In this document: positions 11,891 to 23,773 of the stretch, one piece after another
Layout: each line of letters begins with the position of its first letter
Numbering within the stretch: the stretch's first letter is position 1
Source of the DNA: Nemertoderma westbladi
Taxonomy: Eukaryota; Animalia; Xenacoelomorpha
Direction: 5' to 3'
NCBI GenBank assembly: GCA_032718475.1
Contig: JAUCBJ010007049.1
Location: forward strand, 1-64,000
DNA length: 64,000 nucleotides
Made by a program: the position numbers and the translations under genes
Notes under the pieces: generated by a model
Told to the model about the DNA's origin: nothing
The model's input: the letters and a program-made list of their open reading frames with translations, nothing else
The model's database searches: none

Positions 11891-12166
11891 TTTACTGATA
11901 TGTATGTATATTGTTTATTAAATAAAATAAAACTAAACCCTATCATTGAGAGACACAGTTATATTGAGCCCAGAATGGTTAATTGGACAAGCTGGTGTTT
12001 TCTCAAAAGTGACTAAGTCCCGCCATAAGCTTCGGGAAATCAAAGCCGATATTCGAAAGTTCAATCCAAGCACAATTTTGTGCACATGTGCTGTGGATAA
12101 CATTGAACAGGCAATCAAAGTTCAAAATTGTGTACGAATGTCCCGTACTTTACTTTGGAATGAGCC

Positions 12167-13165
12167 AGTAACACAAGCTTCCCAATGATATGTACAACCC
12201 GATTTGGAATCCTTGTAGTAACACAAGCTTCCCAATGATATGTACAACCCGATTTCGAATCCTTGTACAGTAGTAACACAAGCTTCCCAATAATATGAAC
12301 AACCCGATTTCGAATCCCTGTACAGTAGTAACACAAGCTTCCCAATAATATGAACAACCCGATTTCAATCCTTGTACAGTAGTAACACAAGCTTCCCAAT
12401 AATATGAACAACCCGATTTCGAATCCTTGTACAGTAGTAACACAAGCTTCCCAATAATATGAAACAACCCGATTTCGAATCCTTGTACAGTAGTAACACA
12501 AGCTTCCCAATAATATGAACAACCCGATTTTGATTCCTGGTACAGTAGTAACACAAGCTTCCCAATGATATGTACAACCCTATAATAAATCCTTGTAAAG
12601 TAGTAACACGAAGCTTCCCAATGATATGTACAACCCGATTTGGAATCCTTGTACAGTAGTAACACAAGCTTCCCAATGATATGTACAACCCGATTTTGAA
12701 TCCTTGTAGTAACACAAACTTCCCAATGATATGTACAACCCGATTTGAAATCCTTGTACAGTAGTAACACAAGCTTCCCAATGATATGTACAACCCGATT
12801 TTGAATCCTTGTACATAGTAACACAAACTTCCCAATGATATGTACAACCCGATTTTGAATCTTTGTAGTAACACAAGCTTCCCAATGATATGTACAACCC
12901 GATTTTGAATCCTTGTAGCAACACAAGCTTCCCAATGATATGTACAACCTGATTTGGAATCCTTGTTCAGTAGTAACACAAGCTTCCCAATGATATGTAC
13001 AACCCGATTTGGAATTATTGTACAGTAGTAACACAAGCTTCCCAATGATATGTACAACCCGATTTGGAATTTTTTGTAGTAACACAAGCTTCCCAATGAT
13101 ATGTACAACCCGATTTTGAATCCTTGTAGCACAACACAAGCTTCCCAATGATATGTAGAACCCGA
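12167..13165. repeat. Minisatellite with 49/55-bp units, about 19 copies
   Basis: Unit agtaacacaagcttcccaatgatatgtacaacccgattttgaatccttgt(acagt). Confidence 0.95.
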
Positions 13166-13829
13166 TGCTAATGTGTTAAATAGCGGTGACACCAAGGTTG
13201 TAATTTCGCAAAAGACACTTTTCCAAAACGATTATAAAAAATTTAAAAGCAAAATCGTAAATTCCGGCTTCATGGTAACAACATGGTATTAATTATAATT
13301 GCGTTTTTAGTTAAGTCCCGTTGAATACAATTAAAGAATAAGAGCTCTTATGGTGGAATTTAATTACGGTTCCCAGAACGGGTACCATTATATGATGTAC
13401 ATTTTCTATAAATTATTATTATAAGTTTCCCCTCCCCCCCTATATAGACAATATCTATAAATCATATGATTCAATTATTATGTTATTGATATATTATTAG
13501 ACCCATTATACAATACATACAGTAGATAAGCATAACCTATATAAAATTATTTGTAATATTTATTATTATTTTAATATTACAAGCAAATAAACAATATTGA
13601 TTTTTGCAATAGCAAAGTAAATGAAATGCCACGCATTATAGGCTGACGAAGTTTTTGGATGCAATTTTTTAGAAAGATCGGTATTAGTTAAAATAAATTA
13701 TATTATACAGTACCTTATAATTTATTAAGCGTATAATTTTTATACTATTGTATGTATGTATAAACTTATATGCCGTCATGTGGGGTGACTTTGATAATGT
13801 GCATGACTTTTATAATACTACTACTACTA

Positions 13830-14080
13830 GGATCGGTACGCTGCATTGCAGCTGGATTTTTAAGAATGCTGTGCCGGCTTATCGACAAAATTGCACCGCC
13901 ACAACTCCCTATGACCCATGACATTTGCTAGATCATCGGCATCTTCAAGGCCAGTGTCCTTTAAGATGTGTCTCAAGAAAGTCATGGGCTGTCCACCATG
14001 CTTATTCACTCCATGAGGCTGCCAAAGTACAAGATTATGCACTGGCTGGTCCTCACGGCGAAAGCAATGTCCTGCAAAAC
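13830..14080 (-). mobile_element. RTE-like LINE 3' fragment, copy 1
   Basis: Encodes FAGHCFRR...LVLWQPHG...DTGL...M.HRELWR, typical of the RTE ORF C-terminus. Confidence 0.7.
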
Positions 14081-15207
14081 TTTTATAATGGAGACCTATG
14101 AATGAGTCTTGTTGTCTTAATTAATAAATGAATAATTTTTCATAGTGGTGACGTGATATTTGAACTCATTTGGAAACTTTAGTTATTTCAGCAGCTTGCA
14201 GACCAGATGTGATATGTGAAATCGTAGCTGTTTTTTTAAATACCTTTTTTTGAACACCTATAATTTGCCATACGGTTATATATTTTTATTTAAGTTTGTC
14301 CGCGGGACCCTATTTATGCCCTTATGAATGAATATCAGCCCCAAAAAATATTCATACAAACATTGTGGATAATGAAAACAGTTTCCATTTTCTTGGTTCT
14401 CTTAGGTCCCTTTTCTTGATAGATAATAGTCACAAATTTTATTTAAAAAAAAAAAAATGCGAAAAAAATGTTGAATTTTTGTTATTATTTATTTGGTCAA
14501 TCTTATAAGATTAATTTTCTGAACACCTATTAGCCGATTCCTCGATTGCAGTAATTCCTCAGTAAACTGAAGTAAGTACGATACAAAAATCGTCATGAGG
14601 ATACCAAAATATCAAAGTAGACCCGATGGGTGGGGCGTGTTAGATAACACTGATACAACTTGGGGAAATAATAAACTATGTATATGGATTTTAAGATGTG
14701 AAATAACTGTAGCTAATTATCCATTTGGAAATCCTATGGCCATTCCAAGTGGTTAATGCTAATGCAAAGCTACTGTAATATTATGAAAGATATAAAAAAA
14801 ATTTATTTGACTGTATTGAACAGTAATAGCATTGATTGATGATAATGATATATTGGAGGTGTTTAATAAATGGGTAACAATAACATTAGAATCGGTGCGA
14901 TAAAGGCAAGATTTACAACGTAGTTACAATTGTTGTAGGCGATTTATTTTTTTTCGAATGGCCTGCATTTAATAAATTATCTACCAGTGCATACAATATG
15001 TTTCCTTTGTCTATATCATTCAAATCTATATATGTAACTAGTTACAACAATATAGTCAATTACATTTTATCGGAAATATAAAAGATTTACATAAATAGAT
15101 AAACTATGAAAATGTGAAATATAAAAATATAAAAATAAACAAATATAAATGTGAAAATACTATAAGGAAATTGTCCTCACATCTAAAATTAGACATATTA
15201 TTTGTAT

Positions 15208-16608
15208 TTATTTGTTTGAACAAAAATGTCGTAGAAATTGATTGAGGTAAAACCGAATCCATATGTCGGTTGCGGTAATGAAGGCAACAAAAATCTCGGG
15301 ATCCAAGTTAGAGGCGTAGGCTTTGACCTTTGCGCATACAGTCCAAAAACCTAGGCGTCTCCAGTGGGGGATATTTAATATGTTGTGGGTGGCCTGTTGC
15401 GACTCAACTTTGTCTAGAACTTGGTTCAATAACACATTATGCCCTAGACTGTCATTGGGAATAAAAGATACGACAACAGGCACACCCTTGGCCATACGTG
15501 GAATGTGAATGAAGCTTTTAGGTAGGTAGAAAGTAGCTCTTGCCAAAAGAGCGACCAACATAATTTTGCTCGCATTTCTGGACAAGGTTTTAGCTGGACA
15601 ACCCCTCTTGTATCCCTGACCAAATGAAATAAAGTAACCTTTACCAGGTGTCTCCTTTGTTGGTACAGAAGATGGACTCCAATCTTCCCATCGTTCTGGA
15701 ATAAACTTTTCGCCATCATCCCACAACATCCTGTTACATCTAACTAAATCTAAACCCACAAGCTCCCCTTTGCTAAATGTAATATCCTTGTAAGTAAATG
15801 TTTCATGAGCCTCTCTTACTGTCTTAGGGAACTGTGGATACAAACTGATTGACTCGTTGACTACCCAGTCAAGGTACGTATCTTGAATGATGTCTTTGTA
15901 TTCCAATTCAATAGCATTGCGTTCTAAAAGAGGTAACAACTTCTCATATACCGTATGTGTTTTGAGAATTTCGGTCATGCTATGGCTGACACATTCCATA
16001 ATCTGTTGGATCGCAGTGTAGAATATTAACGTTCCTATATGTTCAGTAAGCATCGCGATGTCACCATCGTCTTCCATAAATTCCCAAAACTCTCCATTAT
16101 TCACCGAAGTCAGCACCAACTTCATCAACTCCCGATGCATATTTTGACGAAGTTTCGACGACCTCAAAGATGTCCCAATGAAGCATGTATTGACATTTTA
16201 CTGAGAAGAGTAAAATATCTCCACGAGATCATCTGATACTTCTTGATGAAACATTAACTCTAAAAACAAGGCAGCAAGTAAATATCTCACCTCTTCTTGA
16301 ATCGTGGTAGATATTATTTGTCCACCTTTTTGCTTTGAAATTAGCCATGCATTCACTCTTCTGTCAATAATTATGCTAATTCTTTCTGGGGTGAATTTTG
16401 GTAAAAGATTCGATGTAATTTTAAATAGTTTCCTGTATTTATTTCCAGGTTGCATTGATTCTTGATGGTTGTTTCCGTATGGTGAATGGTAATATCGGAC
16501 AGATGACACTAAATAATTGTGATCATTCCTCCTTTGCATATCTTTTCGATTAAATATGTTTAAACAATCTGCAGGAGTTAGGTTCCCATAGTATGGTAAT
16601 AACTTCAT
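15208..16608 (-). pseudogene. Cytochrome P450-like pseudogene (one long exon)
   Basis: FIPERW and FISFGQGYKRGCPA heme motif. In-frame TAA at 16200-16198 separates the two ORFs; ExxR reads ESIS; another in-frame TAA lies just upstream of 16608. Confidence 0.8.
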
Positions 16609-17807
16609 GCTTCCTTTATGTTAATCTATCAGAACGGAGATTAGGCTAGCAGTCCTACAGGAAACAAAATGTTTTGAAATAAATACCGCAGTTATGAGAG
16701 ATATAAAGAAATTACACTGCGTAAAAATATAGCGGAACTACAGTATAGCAAAATAGTGAGTTAATGGCGAAAAATGACCGCAACAATCAACTAACTATGT
16801 GTTTAGTGGGTTTAAAATCTAATTTATTTTAATTTAAAACAAAGGGAATGGAACTGGTTACAGTTAGTCGAGTCAATCTATCAATAAACCCATAAGTATT
16901 TCGCATTGAATCCGAACCCAATTGATATTAGTTAATAATTAAATAATTAATATTAAAAGGGGTCCGCAAAATATTTTCGTTTTTTAATTTTTTGACTCAG
17001 GGCACCAAACCTTACTCAAATATGCAAACAAAATTGGCGTTCATTTTTCTTCACCAAGATGCCCACTCAAGGGTGGTGTGTAAGGGACACAATTGCGCAG
17101 AAATTTTTTATATAAAATTTAATATCTCGAGAATTGGCTAACTTTACTTAGGTGGGGCAACTCAAACTTGTTATAAAACAATAATTATTTGGCTTTCAAT
17201 TTTCATTTTTTTTTATATAAATTTGTCTGTCAGTTTTTGCTTTTCAAACTGAAAAAGCTTAGCAACAATACAAAAATTGTTCTATTAGGGATTTCCTGGC
17301 TGGTGATTACATTTCAGATGTCGTTTTTCACGTTTCTTGAAATATTTGCCTCTCAGTTTTATAGAGGTATTCATATCACACAATTAAGATGCTGTTAATT
17401 ATATAGACTCACTACTTGTATGTGAAAAATGATAATGAAAATGAATTTGCCCATTAGGAATACCCAAGAGCAAACCTTTTTATGTTGTTGATATTCAAAG
17501 TTTGAAAGAAAAACTGACATTGATAATAACTTGCAGACATACAGCTAAAGATAAACTCAGCATTTACGCTACACATGGAAAATACTTATGGGAATTTAAT
17601 TTTCAAACAGGAAAACCCCAGTAGCAAATCACTTAGGTACGTGCTAAGCTTCTTAAATTTTTGACAGAAAAAATTAGAGACAAACAGACACACTCAGCCA
17701 AACAAACAAACAGAACATTGTTAAATGTGAAAAAAAATATTGTAAATTAAATCAACAACCATGAAAACCCCATTAGCAATGATTTGAGTAGTTTAGCACC
17801 TCTACTA

Positions 17808-18110
17808 TGATCGACATGCTGCATTGCAGCTGCATTATATATATATATTACATATAAAGAATGATGTGCCGGCTAGTCGACAAAATTGCGCCGCCACAAC
17901 TCCCTATCACCCATTACATTTGCTATATCATCCGCATCTTCAAGGTCAGTGTCCTCTAAAATGCGTCTCAAGAAAGTCATGGGCTGCCCACCATGCTTAT
18001 TCACTCCATGAGGCTGCCAAAGTACAAGATTATGCACTGGCTGGTCCTCAGGGCGAAAGCAATGTCCTGCAAAGCGGAGGCGGAGATAAATGGAAGATCT
18101 CCAATGTTAT
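17808..18110 (-). mobile_element. RTE-like LINE 3' fragment, copy 2
   Basis: Highly similar to 13830-14080 (ccaccatgcttattcactccatgaggctgccaaagtacaag...). Confidence 0.7.
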
Positions 18111-18768
18111 ATAGTGTCTGGTTAGATATGTGTTCATTGTACTTGACACAATGAACCCGACGCAGCATTATTGTGAAAGTGCCATCAAGAGATTTGGTAT
18201 CTCAACTTAAGATTTTAAAATTTTGACAGAATACAACAGACTGAAAGACAAACATACAATTAATACGAAATGAAATAACCGAAAAGGAAAATCCCAAGTG
18301 TATCTATTTTCGCAAGTTGTAGAGTTTCTGCTGTGATGGAAAATATTAAAATTTGAAAATTTTTATGATTTTTATCTAAAATTTCATACATTATAAATAT
18401 CCTACTGACCTAAACCCTTATTTAATTTACAATTTCTCGAGAAGTAAACAAGATCTCCTTGAAAAATTTGCCATTATAGAATCGCAGAAAAAGTGAATAT
18501 CCATTTTGTTGACCTAAGGTCTTAAGGTGAGACCTTAAGGTCAAGAAATGGTACAGTTTAGTACCTTATAATTTAAATTGTTTTAGTTGTATGTAACATT
18601 ACTGACATCCAGATGGCATTCTGGTTACCAATAGAAGTACTGGTGTACGGATGGTACTAAAATAGGCACACAGTAGCACACAGATATATTTAAGTCTCAA
18701 ACACAGTCGCGAAATTAATTATCTCGCTCAATTACATCATTTGAAATTACTATTATTTAATTTTATTT

Positions 18769-19315
18769 TGTTAGCTTATCCAATTCCGCTAACACAAACC
18801 CATAGAGTGAGCCATAAAGCAATATTGGGAGCACGAGGTTGATTACCAATCAACCTCGTGTCAGCCCAGTAAACGGGGACAATAGGCCCCAAAGGAGACA
18901 CACACAATAAGGGTCAGGGGCCAAACCCCTAACCAAGAGAGAACAGCAAGGGCAAAGGGAAGCACTTCAGAGGGGGGCAAAGGGTGCCAACAGGGATATT
19001 AGCCAATGGGGGGACAGCATCGACTAAGTACTGTAACGGCCAAACCCGTGCAGTATATATTACCTGTACAGCAATCATTCATTCAGTTTACTCAGTTAGT
19101 TCAGTGGGGTGGAACGGTGACTTCTATCACCGTCCGCTACCGCCATCATACTTATCTACCGGTAACTGTGCCATACTATACTAAAGCCTATATATCAACT
19201 ATATTATACCTTATACATATAACCGAACATCAGAACTCTTTTACCTTTCACACACGGCGGGGACGCGTAGATAGAAAACCCAATGGATAAACCGGGATCC
19301 GTAGATCCCGTCACA
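18769..19315 (+). repeat. 5' LTR of E (547 bp)
   Basis: TGTTAGC...CCCGTCACA; homologous to the D LTR. Confidence 0.9.
19054..19088 (+). promoter_or_regulatory. TATA box plus Inr in LTR of E
   Basis: TATATATT at 19054 and TCAGTT with its A at 19085 (31-nt spacing). Confidence 0.5.
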
Positions 19316-19445
19316 GTGATAGAATCAGATCCGCCCAGCTGCCCTGACAGAGATAGAATCCTAGCAGCTGCCCTAACAGTCTGACAGTGATAGAACTGGA
19401 TCCAACCAACTGACAGACTGTGGCTGCCAGACACCAAAGACGACG

Positions 19446-21687
19446 ATGAGTCGAGAGAGAGGAACGACACCGCCGCGGACCCCGGACGACGATCTAACGA
19501 TCCGCGAGGCCACGGCGAGACGATACGAACCCACGACGCCGGTCGATGCTACGCCGACCACGTCGACGCAGGTTGACGCCACGTCGACAACGAGCAACCC
19601 AGCGAACCGAGATGTGGGGGGTCGTCTACAATCGGAGAGCGAGTCGAGGGAAGGAGACGAGAAGGGAGGAGAAGAGAAAGACGAGTCGACGCGGAGCGAG
19701 GGTCGACATACCGATGTCGCCGGCCAGCCACAGGCCGAGGACGACGAACGGTCCACCGGAACGGCGACGGTGGGGCCGTCGGTACGACGTCGGACCCGGA
19801 GAGACGGAAGAGAGGTCGGCGACGAGGACATCGGGGTTTCTGATCGACTTCGACGAGCCTACCTCGCGACCAGGGAGTGACTGAGAGAGGCCAAAGGAGG
19901 GGCAAAGATAGACGAGGTGAGACTGAGGAGACGACTAGGTGAGTCGAACAGATACTTTGATCACCTAGTGTGTTCTGGGCAGAGAGAACTAGCCGAGGAG
20001 AGAGCGAGGGGGGTTGCCAACGAACTGATTGAACTATGGGAATGTGGGGGTATGGAACCTAGCGTAGTGTACGTAGGGCCATACTTAGTCGATGCCCGGG
20101 GAGTAAAATTAGTGGGTTGGAAGAGACCTGAGGAGGGCGAATCCGAGGTTAACTCCGAGGATTCGGTCTCGTCGGTCGGAGGAAGTTCCGGGAGGCGGGG
20201 GAAAGTTAGTAGGACGGAGGGGCGGCGGGAGTCCGTCGCAACCGATAAGTCTGCTACATCCTCCGTAAAAGAAAGACGGGTGCGAGAGAGTGAACGCATG
20301 GCGTATAAATTAGAAATGGTTGCGACAGAGCATAATGAGTTAGAGAGACGATTGAGAGAGGAAACCGCATTCTCAGAGAAGGTAGGAGAGTTGGAGAGGG
20401 AGTGTAGAGAGAGGGCCGAGGAGTGTAGAGAGAGAGCCAAGGAGTGTAGAGAGCGAGAGATGGGAGTAGAGAGCGAGCCGGCGAGGCAGCTTGAGATGAT
20501 TGCGAGAAAGGCAGAGTTGGCCGAGCAGAATATGCGAGAGATGGGGATAGAGGGTGAGCGCAGGCGGGATGATTTGCATGCCGTGCTAGGGATGCTTGCA
20601 CAATATCGGGCCAAACTGGAGCGGCGCCGACTAGAACTGGCGCGGTTGGAGATATCAGAGAGTGAGCCCCCACTTACAGACACCGGGCGAGAGAACCAGG
20701 ACTGGTGTAGCCGTACGGGCGGGGGGGGGGGGGTAGTAGCAGTACGTTAGAGATAGTTAATATTGATAGTACCGTAGTAGATAACCCTAATCCCTTTATT
20801 ACAGGAAATAATATTTTACCGGGTAGTAGTAATTTAAATTTAAATACAAATATTCTAAATAATAATTTCAATTCAAACCCGCAAAATAATTCGAATAATA
20901 ATTTAAGTTTAGAGAATAGTAGTGATCTAAGTAATTTAAATAATTTAAATAATAATCCCGTTTCAAATCCTAATAATTTAATTGATATAACAAATAATAT
21001 TGGGAATGGTGCTATTAGTATGAGCGTGTCGGACGTACATAACCCGGCAGACGGTGGCCTGGTAGGCCACGTAGTTAGTAGGCAGGAGGTGGCGCGGTTG
21101 AGCCAACCCAAGGTGGGCCTGGTAGGCCACGCAGTAGTAGAGAGAGAGGCAGGGGTGAATAGACCCAGCCGTAGTAGAGACAGTGCGTCGACTAGAGAGG
21201 GGTGTAGAGACGAAGTGAGAGATAGTGAAGTTAGATGTGGCGAGTGGGGGGGGGGGGGGGGCTCCTGGCGCCCCACCACATAAGATTAGTGGCGAGAGAG
21301 GGGGGGCAGAGAATGCCCCACAAGAGGGGTATAGAAGTGTAGTAAGAAATAGTGAAGTTAGAAGTGGCGGGTGGGGGGGGGGCTACGGGCACCCCACCGC
21401 GAGAGATTGGTAGAGAGAGAGGGGGGCAGAGAGTGTCCCACAGCCGTCAGCGGATAATGCGCGGGCCGAATCAGGTAAACCGCAACAACCGGCGACGGAG
21501 AGTAATAGGGGGATTGCGAGTATCCCCAGCGGCGTGCGATCGAGCAGAGAGAGGCAGGTTGACGTCGCGAGAGGGCAGGCGAAGCATCGAGCCCGATCAG
21601 AAGAGAGAAGAAGAACAGTGGAGTTTAACCGGGAGGTCGATGAGAGATCTCACGAGCCGGAATACTACACAGAAAAGAGAAGAAGAG
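19446..21687 (+). pseudogene. Disrupted N-terminal gag-like region of E
   Basis: Successive ORFs directly after the leader, broken partly at G runs; coiled-coil and Asn-rich segments. Confidence 0.55.
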
Positions 21688-21776
21688 ACATCAGAACTCT
21701 TTTACCTTTCACACACGGCGGGGACGCGTAGATAGAAATCCCAACGGATAAACCGGGATCCGTAGATCCCATCACA
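21688..21776 (+). repeat. Truncated 3' LTR of E
   Basis: Matches 19227-19315. Confidence 0.9.
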
Positions 21777-21797
21777 TATTTGAAAGTTACATCAAAC

Positions 21798-22036
21798 GGC
21801 GGGGTAGCTCAGTTGGTTGAGCGCTGGGCCTGCAATCTATTGGTTGTAGGTTCAGCCCCACCAGGGTCCACTCAGCCTTTCATCCACTGGGGTCGATAAA
21901 ATGAGTACCAGTTAAATAACTGGGAGCAAATCTTGGGATAGGAGTAGCGACCACCCCTACCCTCGGGTAGCAGCTATCGAAAGAGGAGCCTTCGGGTCGC
22001 CTCCGGCTTCGGCCGACTGTTTGCTTTGCTTTGCTT
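21798..22036 (+). mobile_element. tRNA-derived SINE with Nin-type core and (TTTGC)n tail
   Basis: A-box TAGCTCAGTTGG, core GTCCACTCAGCCTTTCATCC...GGTCGATAAAATGAGTACCAG, tail GGAGCCTTCGGGTCGCC...tttgctttgc. Confidence 0.75.
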
Positions 22037-22037
22037 G

Positions 22038-22165
22038 ATACCAAGATTGGGGTTGAGTTTCAATCTATAGTAAACTATACCAACATTGGGGTTGAGTTTC
22101 AATCTTTAGTACACTATACCAAGATTGGGGTTGAGTTTCAATCTTTAGTAAACTATGCCAACATT
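22038..22165. repeat. 39-bp tandem repeat, about 3.3 copies
   Basis: ataccaagattggggttgagtttcaatctatagtaaact. Confidence 0.9.
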
Positions 22166-22518
22166 TTTTAGGAAAAGGTTTTATATACAGTAGTTGGACC
22201 CATCGGGTGGCTACTATCCACCCCTTTATTATACAAACTAGCTACAGTATATAATTATCATAAACAAAAGAGTTACATTGATCATACTTTAGCGAAGGGA
22301 CTAGTAATTATAATCCTGGCGAGTCGTAGCCCTACATAACAGGTCCCAAACAAGTTCACTACTAAACTTTACTGCCAGCGTATTTGGCCCATTTAACATA
22401 ATCTAATATCAAGAAAACCATAGTTGGAAAGATTAATTATAATTTGGCACCATTCTCGTGGGTTAGGGGGGGGGGGGGGGGGGTGGGTGTTCTGGCTTCG
22501 AAGTCAACATTTTGAAAT

Positions 22519-23068
22519 TGTGACGGGATCCACGAAGGATCCCGATTTATCCGTTTGTCAATCTACGCGTCCCCGCCGTGTGTGAAAGGTAAAAGAGTTT
22601 GCGTTGTTCGTCGTATATAATTTCCGGGTATAATAGATAGATATAAATAGTATGTTGTAATGTATAGACTGAATGTTGATATATGGAAGGCGGGATATGG
22701 TGATTGAAGTCCCGGTACTTCCCTAGCTAAACTAACCTAACTAACACCAATAACACACTGAAATAACTGAGTAACTGATTGCTGGTACCTAATAATATAT
22801 TGCACGGTTTGGCCTTGCTACAGTACCTAGCTGATACTCCCCCCCCCCCCCCCTGATTGGCTAATGTCCCTGTTGGCGCCCTTTGGAGTGTTCCCGTTCA
22901 CTCCAGCTATTCTCCCTCTGTTAGGGGTTTGGCCCCTGACCCTTATTGTGTGTTTCTCCTTCCCACTTTGTTGGGGTGACACGAGTTATTGGTTACCCAA
23001 TCTCGTGGCCCCCAATATTGCTTAACGGTTGACTTTGTGGGGTGTTAGCGGAATTGAATAAGCTAACA
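22519..23068 (-). repeat. 3' LTR of D (550 bp)
   Basis: Minus strand TGTTAGC...GTCACA, PPT at 23069-23077. Confidence 0.88.
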
Positions 23069-23773
23069 CTCCCCCCCATGCTATCTTCCCGGTGAGAAGA
23101 TAGCATCCACCTTAAAGTGCGCTACAATTCCGCTGGATCCCGATCTATTATCGGGTGTGGGGTGGAACTATTTTCTCTCGGAGCCGGCTTTCCAGGCCGC
23201 TCCCTATGGGTATGATATCGCTACCCGGTTCGCCTGGCGTCCCATGTCGGGCCGGTCGTGCGCTCCTCTCACACGACTTTTGTTTCCCCAACACTTCGCC
23301 ACTTTAACTCTACTCTGTTCTCACCCTGACTCTCCTCTACTTCTCCTCACTACCGCTCTAACTCTCGGACTTCCCTGTCCCTCACTCAGCCTCTTATTCC
23401 TCCCACACACTTGAATTGCATTCGCACTCTCTCCGCACTCTGCACTATCACCTCTACTCGACCTCTCTTTGAGTACCCCATCCCTTCTGACGAATCTCAC
23501 TCCCCCTTTGTGCCGTCGCACTCAAGAAGTGTGAAGTCGTCTGGTGTCTCGTCCATAGTACCATAGTCAGTTAGCCCCCCAGTCCCAGTAGCTAATTGAG
23601 AAAGGTTGAATGACTATAGTACTTACTTCGAACGTATATTTCATTGCTAAACTACTGATTACTACGTACGTACATATAAATTGCACTTATTTAATTATTT
23701 GCATCATTTTGAATTTGTACTTAATAGTTCGTACGTCCCACGTGGCGCCTTCCAGGCGTACCACATTGAAGTC

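Larger units (their letters stand above)
18769..21776 (+). mobile_element. Internally deleted LTR retrotransposon E (relative of D)
   Basis: TG...CA ends, TSD TATTT (18764-18768 and 21777-21781), full 5' LTR, gag-like 5' region fused to the last ~89 bp of the 3' LTR. Confidence 0.9.

Noticed and set aside
11946-12188. 80-aa ORF as a host gene
   Set aside because: No ATG or recognisable domain, and it runs into the satellite.
12167-13165. CRISPR-like array and the long ORFs across it
   Set aside because: No unique spacers, no cas genes, eukaryotic context; the ORFs are by-products of the repeat.
18509-18544. Hairpin as a Helitron or MITE end
   Set aside because: No CTRR terminus, partner end or TSD found.
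20721-21380. Long G runs as programmed frameshift or G-quadruplex signals
   Set aside because: Homopolymer slippage or sequencing error in a dead element is the simpler explanation.
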